DNA of 64,000 nt, taken from positions 608,001 to 672,000 of the forward strand of contig CAWFFU010000011.1 in assembly GCA_963815215.1 (NCBI GenBank), given 5' to 3'. The position numbers and the translations under genes were made by a program. How positions within the stretch are numbered: position 1 is the stretch's first letter; every line of letters begins with the position of its first letter. A model generated the notes under the pieces. The model was not told the DNA's origin, did not search any database, and saw only the letters and a program-made list of their open reading frames with translations. This stretch comes from an uncultured Trueperaceae bacterium. GTDB taxonomy: Bacteria; Deinococcota; Deinococci; Deinococcales; Trueperaceae. Of this stretch, positions 60,640 to 64,000 are shown one piece after another.

Positions 60640-62355
60640 TCAGGGTGCGACAAGCAGGTGTCCCGCCAGGTAGCTGTGCAGCCCATCGAACAGGGTCGTG
60701 GACAGCAGCGTTCCTGGACCCGGGGTGGCGTGATCGATGGCGTTGCCCGACACCTCGTACAGGTCGTGCTCGAGGTCGGGCAGGTACAGATAGCTCACGT
60801 GCGGGGCGGCGTGCGCCAGGGCCTCGCCGTTGCGCGGTGGGACCTGCACGTCTTTGCCACCCTGGACCACCAGGACGGGAACGCTGACCTGTGAGGCCAG
60901 CAGCGCCGGATCCTCGTCGATCTCGCTTCGCAGTAGCCCTGCGGCGTGCGCGAAGGCAGCCGCAACGGGGTTCTTGGCAAGCTCGCCCGTGAGTTCCATG
61001 CGCGTCCCGCTGCTGGCCCGGATCGCCTCGACGGCCTGCCGGGCCTGCGCCTCGACCGCCGCGACCTCGTTCGCCGACGCGCCACGCAGCCGCACCAGCC
61101 GGGCGAGCTGAGCGATGATCACTTGTCCCAGCGGCAATCCGGGGGACTCGAGCAGCACCACCGTGGCGGGGTCGACGTAGCCGTTGGCGACTGCGTACAA
61201 CGCCACCAGGCCCCCTTCGGAGTGCCCCACCAGGCCTACGCGCCGGGGATCGATGTCGGGGCGGGCGCGGAGCAGGGCCACCCAGTCCGCCACGTTGCGG
61301 GCGTAGGTCGCCAGCGTCACCGCGTTGCCGTCTCCGCTGCTGGCGCCGATGCCGAGCTTGTCGATGCGCAGCACGGCGTAGCCCTGGCAGGCCAGGGCGT
61401 AGGCGAACTGCCGGTACATGCCGTTGGTGATCAGGGGCGGCGCATTGCCATCGCGATCGACCGCGCCGCTTCCGGGGATCAGGAGCAGGGCGGGGGCTCC
61501 CACCCCCGACGGCGACGCCACCGGGACACTCAGCGTGCCCGCCAGCGTCTCACCGCCGCTGTGCACCTGCACGACGTGCTCGCGCAGGCAGCGGCGCTCG
61601 TCCGAGAGGTGCCGCTGCAGCGCGGCGGTAGCCGCTCGCGCGTCGGCGGCGGCGCTCGCCGCTGCGGCCGACGATGCGGGCGTCTCGAGCTCGTAGCGCA
61701 GCGAGGTCAGCGGCTGCTCGAAGGCGACGATGCGGCCGGTCCCGTCGAGCCACAGCACCAGATCCACCGACTGCCCGGCGACGTTCATGGTGGCGTCGTA
61801 GCGCTCCGCGCTCTGCGAGGCGCCCCCCACCTCGACGCTCCCCTTGCCCGCGGCACGCACGCTGACAGTGCCGGCGCGGGCCGCCTGGGGGACCAGCACG
61901 TCGAAGCGCTGCGGCTGGACCGCACCGGGGTCCAGCCGGTCGGCGAGGATCTGCCAACCGTCGAGCATGCTGTTGTCGAGGATGAGCACGGGGCCGGGCA
62001 GCGGGACCTGTAGCGTCTGCTTGGCGCCGCCCTGCTCGATGGTGAAGCTCGCCTGGGGGCCGCTGAGGGCCACGTCCATCGTCAGGGGCGCGCCGCGAGC
62101 CGTCCCCTCCAGATGGTAGCTGCGGGCGTTCCCCGCAGCATCGGTGACAAGGTGATCGGTCAGGTCGGCGAGGCCGGTCAGGGACAGGCTGGAGTCGCTG
62201 ACGGTGCCACCGGGCGCGCGTGTGAGCGCCACCTGGAAGCTCCCCAGCGTCGATCCTGCCTGGCGGATCTGGTAGCTCTGCGCGGCCGCCGCCCCCATGG
62301 CGAGCAAGGCGGTCAGCGCCAGTGAAACGAGTGCGCTACGGGTCATGCGCTTCAT
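60640..62355 (-). CDS. Exported alpha/beta hydrolase with N-terminal beta-rich domain
   Basis: Signal peptide; GSGAVDRDGN, RIDKLGIG.S, GHSEGG, QGGKDVQV, LEH. Confidence 0.82.
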   Translation of the reverse strand: MKRMTRSALVSLALTALLAMGAAAAQSYQIRQAGSTLGSFQVALTRAPGGTVSDSSLSLTGLADLTDHLVTDAAGNARSYHLEGTARGAPLTMDVALSGPQASFTIEQGGAKQTLQVPLPGPVLILDNSMLDGWQILADRLDPGAVQPQRFDVLVPQAARAGTVSVRAAGKGSVEVGGASQSAERYDATMNVAGQSVDLVLWLDGTGRIVAFEQPLTSLRYELETPASSAAAASAAADARAATAALQRHLSDERRCLREHVVQVHSGGETLAGTLSVPVASPSGVGAPALLLIPGSGAVDRDGNAPPLITNGMYRQFAYALACQGYAVLRIDKLGIGASSGDGNAVTLATYARNVADWVALLRARPDIDPRRVGLVGHSEGGLVALYAVANGYVDPATVVLLESPGLPLGQVIIAQLARLVRLRGASANEVAAVEAQARQAVEAIRASSGTRMELTGELAKNPVAAAFAHAAGLLRSEIDEDPALLASQVSVPVLVVQGGKDVQVPPRNGEALAHAAPHVSYLYLPDLEHDLYEVSGNAIDHATPGPGTLLSTTLFDGLHSYLAGHLLVAP

Positions 62356-62360
62356 CCGGC

Positions 62361-63227
62361 TCAGCCCCCGTAGAGCGTGCCGGCGTTCAGCACGGGCGTG
62401 CTAGCCTGCTCGCTGGTCAGCGCCACCATGAGGTTGTTGGCCATAGCGGCGCGCTTGTCCTGGTCGAGCTCGACCACGCCGCGTGAGGCGAGGCCGTCCA
62501 AGGCGTCCTCCACCATGCCCACCGCGGCCTCCACGATGAGCCGCCGGGCGGACACGACCGCCTGGGCCTGCTGACGGCGCAGCATCGCCTGGGCGATCTC
62601 GGGCGCGTAGGCGAGGTGCGTCAGCCGCGCCTCGATGACGTCCACGCCGGCGACCTCGAGGCGAGCGTCGAGCTCCTCCTTGAGCGCAAGGGCGAGTTCC
62701 TCGGGGTTCTCCCGGAGGCTCTGCCGGTCCTGGCCGCTGGCATCGTACGGATAGCGGGTGGCGAGGCTGCGGATGGCCGTCTCCGCCTGGATGTCCACGA
62801 ACTCCTCGTAGTCGTCGACGTCGAACACCGCCTTGGCCGACTCCACCACCCGCCACACCACCACGGCTGCGATCTCGACGGGGTTGCCGTCGGCATCGTT
62901 CACCTTCAGCTTGTCGCTGTTGAAGTTGCGCACGCGCAGGCTCACCCGGCGCTTGCTGGTGAACGGGTTGGCCCACCAGAAGCCCGGCAGGCGAACGCTG
63001 CCGACGTAGCTACCGAAGAACACCAGCACCCGGGCCTCGTTGGGCTGCACGGCGAAGAAGCCCGGGGCGAGCAGCACCACTAGGATGATCATGACCACCC
63101 GGAGCAGGAGCCCGGGCAGATGTCCATACGCTGCGCCGGCCACCAGATAGCCGATCAGAGCCAACTCGACGACGAGTACCGGAAAGCCGTTGATGGCGAA
63201 CGCACGCTTCTCTTGCACGCGAATCAT
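62361..63227 (-). CDS. SPFH/Band 7 domain protein
   Basis: VQPNEA.V..FFG.Y.G, GFWWANPF, KVND..GNP.EIAAVVVW, LAYAPEIAQAML.RQQA, N.GTLY. Confidence 0.92.
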   Translation of the reverse strand: MIRVQEKRAFAINGFPVLVVELALIGYLVAGAAYGHLPGLLLRVVMIILVVLLAPGFFAVQPNEARVLVFFGSYVGSVRLPGFWWANPFTSKRRVSLRVRNFNSDKLKVNDADGNPVEIAAVVVWRVVESAKAVFDVDDYEEFVDIQAETAIRSLATRYPYDASGQDRQSLRENPEELALALKEELDARLEVAGVDVIEARLTHLAYAPEIAQAMLRRQQAQAVVSARRLIVEAAVGMVEDALDGLASRGVVELDQDKRAAMANNLMVALTSEQASTPVLNAGTLYGG

Positions 63228-63238
63228 GACGCCTCCTT

Positions 63239-63268
63239 TGGCATCAGTATGATATCACACCGATACCA
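63239..63268 (-). promoter_or_regulatory. Extended -10 promoter overlapped by three 8-bp boxes at 11-bp spacing
   Basis: Minus strand TGGTATCG-gtg-TGATATCA-tac-TGATGCCA, containing TGaTATCAT and ending just before the AAGGAGG RBS. Confidence 0.6.
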
Positions 63269-63300
63269 GGAGTCAGGGACGTCCGTCCCCCTTTGCGTCG

Positions 63301-63999
63301 TCAGGTGCGCTCGGCCAGCAACCGCAATCCGCGAAGGGTGAGCAGCGGGTCGGTGACGTCGATCCGCTTCGCATGTGGCTTCACTACGTCGGCGAAACCT
63401 CCGGTCGCGATGACGAACGGCTCGCCGTGCTGGGGGTCGATCTCCGCGGCCAGGCGCTCCACCATGCCGTCGACCATGGCGGCGTACCCGAACACCAGCC
63501 CCGACTGCAGCGCGCTCACCGTGTTGCGCCCGATGGCGCGCTCCGGCGCCACCAGGTCGACCCGCGGCAGCTTGGCGGCACGGGCGAAGAGCGCCTCGGC
63601 GGCCACCCCGGGACCGGGGGCCAGGGCCACGCCCAACAGCCGGTTGGGCCGGACCACCACGTCGAAGTTGGTGGCCGTGCCGAAGTCGACCACGATGAAC
63701 GCGTCGGCCCGGTACTGCAGCGCCGCCACGGCGTTGACCATGCGATCGGCGCCGACCTCGCGCGGGTTGTCGGTGGCGACGTCCAACAGCGGCGCCACCA
63801 GCTCCGACGTGACCAGTTGCACCGACACCCCCCAGTAACGTTCGAGGGCGTTCGTCAACTCCGGCGCCACCGGCGGCACGACCGAGGAGACGATGGCCCG
63901 ACCCGGCGGCTCGAGCCCGGCGAGCTCGAACAGCCGGCTCAGCAGCACCGCGTACTCGTCGGCCATGCGCATGCGGTCGGTCGACACGCGCCACGAAGC
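63301..63999 (-). CDS. coaX: Type III pantothenate kinase (5'-truncated by window edge)
   Basis: SSVVP, EVGADR..N, VDFGTATNFD, PG, IGRNT..ALQSG, IATGG, LTLRGL. Confidence 0.93.
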   Translation of the reverse strand, partial: ASWRVSTDRMRMADEYAVLLSRLFELAGLEPPGRAIVSSVVPPVAPELTNALERYWGVSVQLVTSELVAPLLDVATDNPREVGADRMVNAVAALQYRADAFIVVDFGTATNFDVVVRPNRLLGVALAPGPGVAAEALFARAAKLPRVDLVAPERAIGRNTVSALQSGLVFGYAAMVDGMVERLAAEIDPQHGEPFVIATGGFADVVKPHAKRIDVTDPLLTLRGLRLLAERT

Positions 64000-64000
64000 C

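Overview
This is a high-GC bacterial chromosome segment with about 57 CDS. I found no rRNA, tRNA, CRISPR array or mobile element. By inference the host belongs to Deinococcota (Trueperaceae-like), based on apparent leaderless starts, signal peptides ending in 'AQ', ABC operons without ATPases and a diderm-type beta-barrel protein. Housekeeping and ordinary metabolic genes include kbl-tdh, deoC, alaS-HAD-ruvX-mltG, coaX and Liv/Dpp/TRAP/Phn transporters. The main finding is a putative organosulfonate island of about 19.4 kb (19843-39242). Its minus-strand LacI operon encodes a SmoF-like sulfoquinovose-binding ABC importer, an SqvD-like isomerase, a YihV-like PfkB kinase, a LacD/YihT-family aldolase and two Gfo/Idh/MocA enzymes that may replace the missing sulfoquinovosidase. 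Facing it is a plus-strand CuyA-like sulfo-lyase, CuyB-like racemase and SlcC-like sulfolactate dehydrogenase module, followed by an Lrp regulator, a Dpp-type importer and a membrane SAM-binding protein. Together these suggest a mosaic sulfoglycolysis pathway coupled to desulfonation in one organism. All family calls come from my own motif recognition and recalled sequences, not from database searches.
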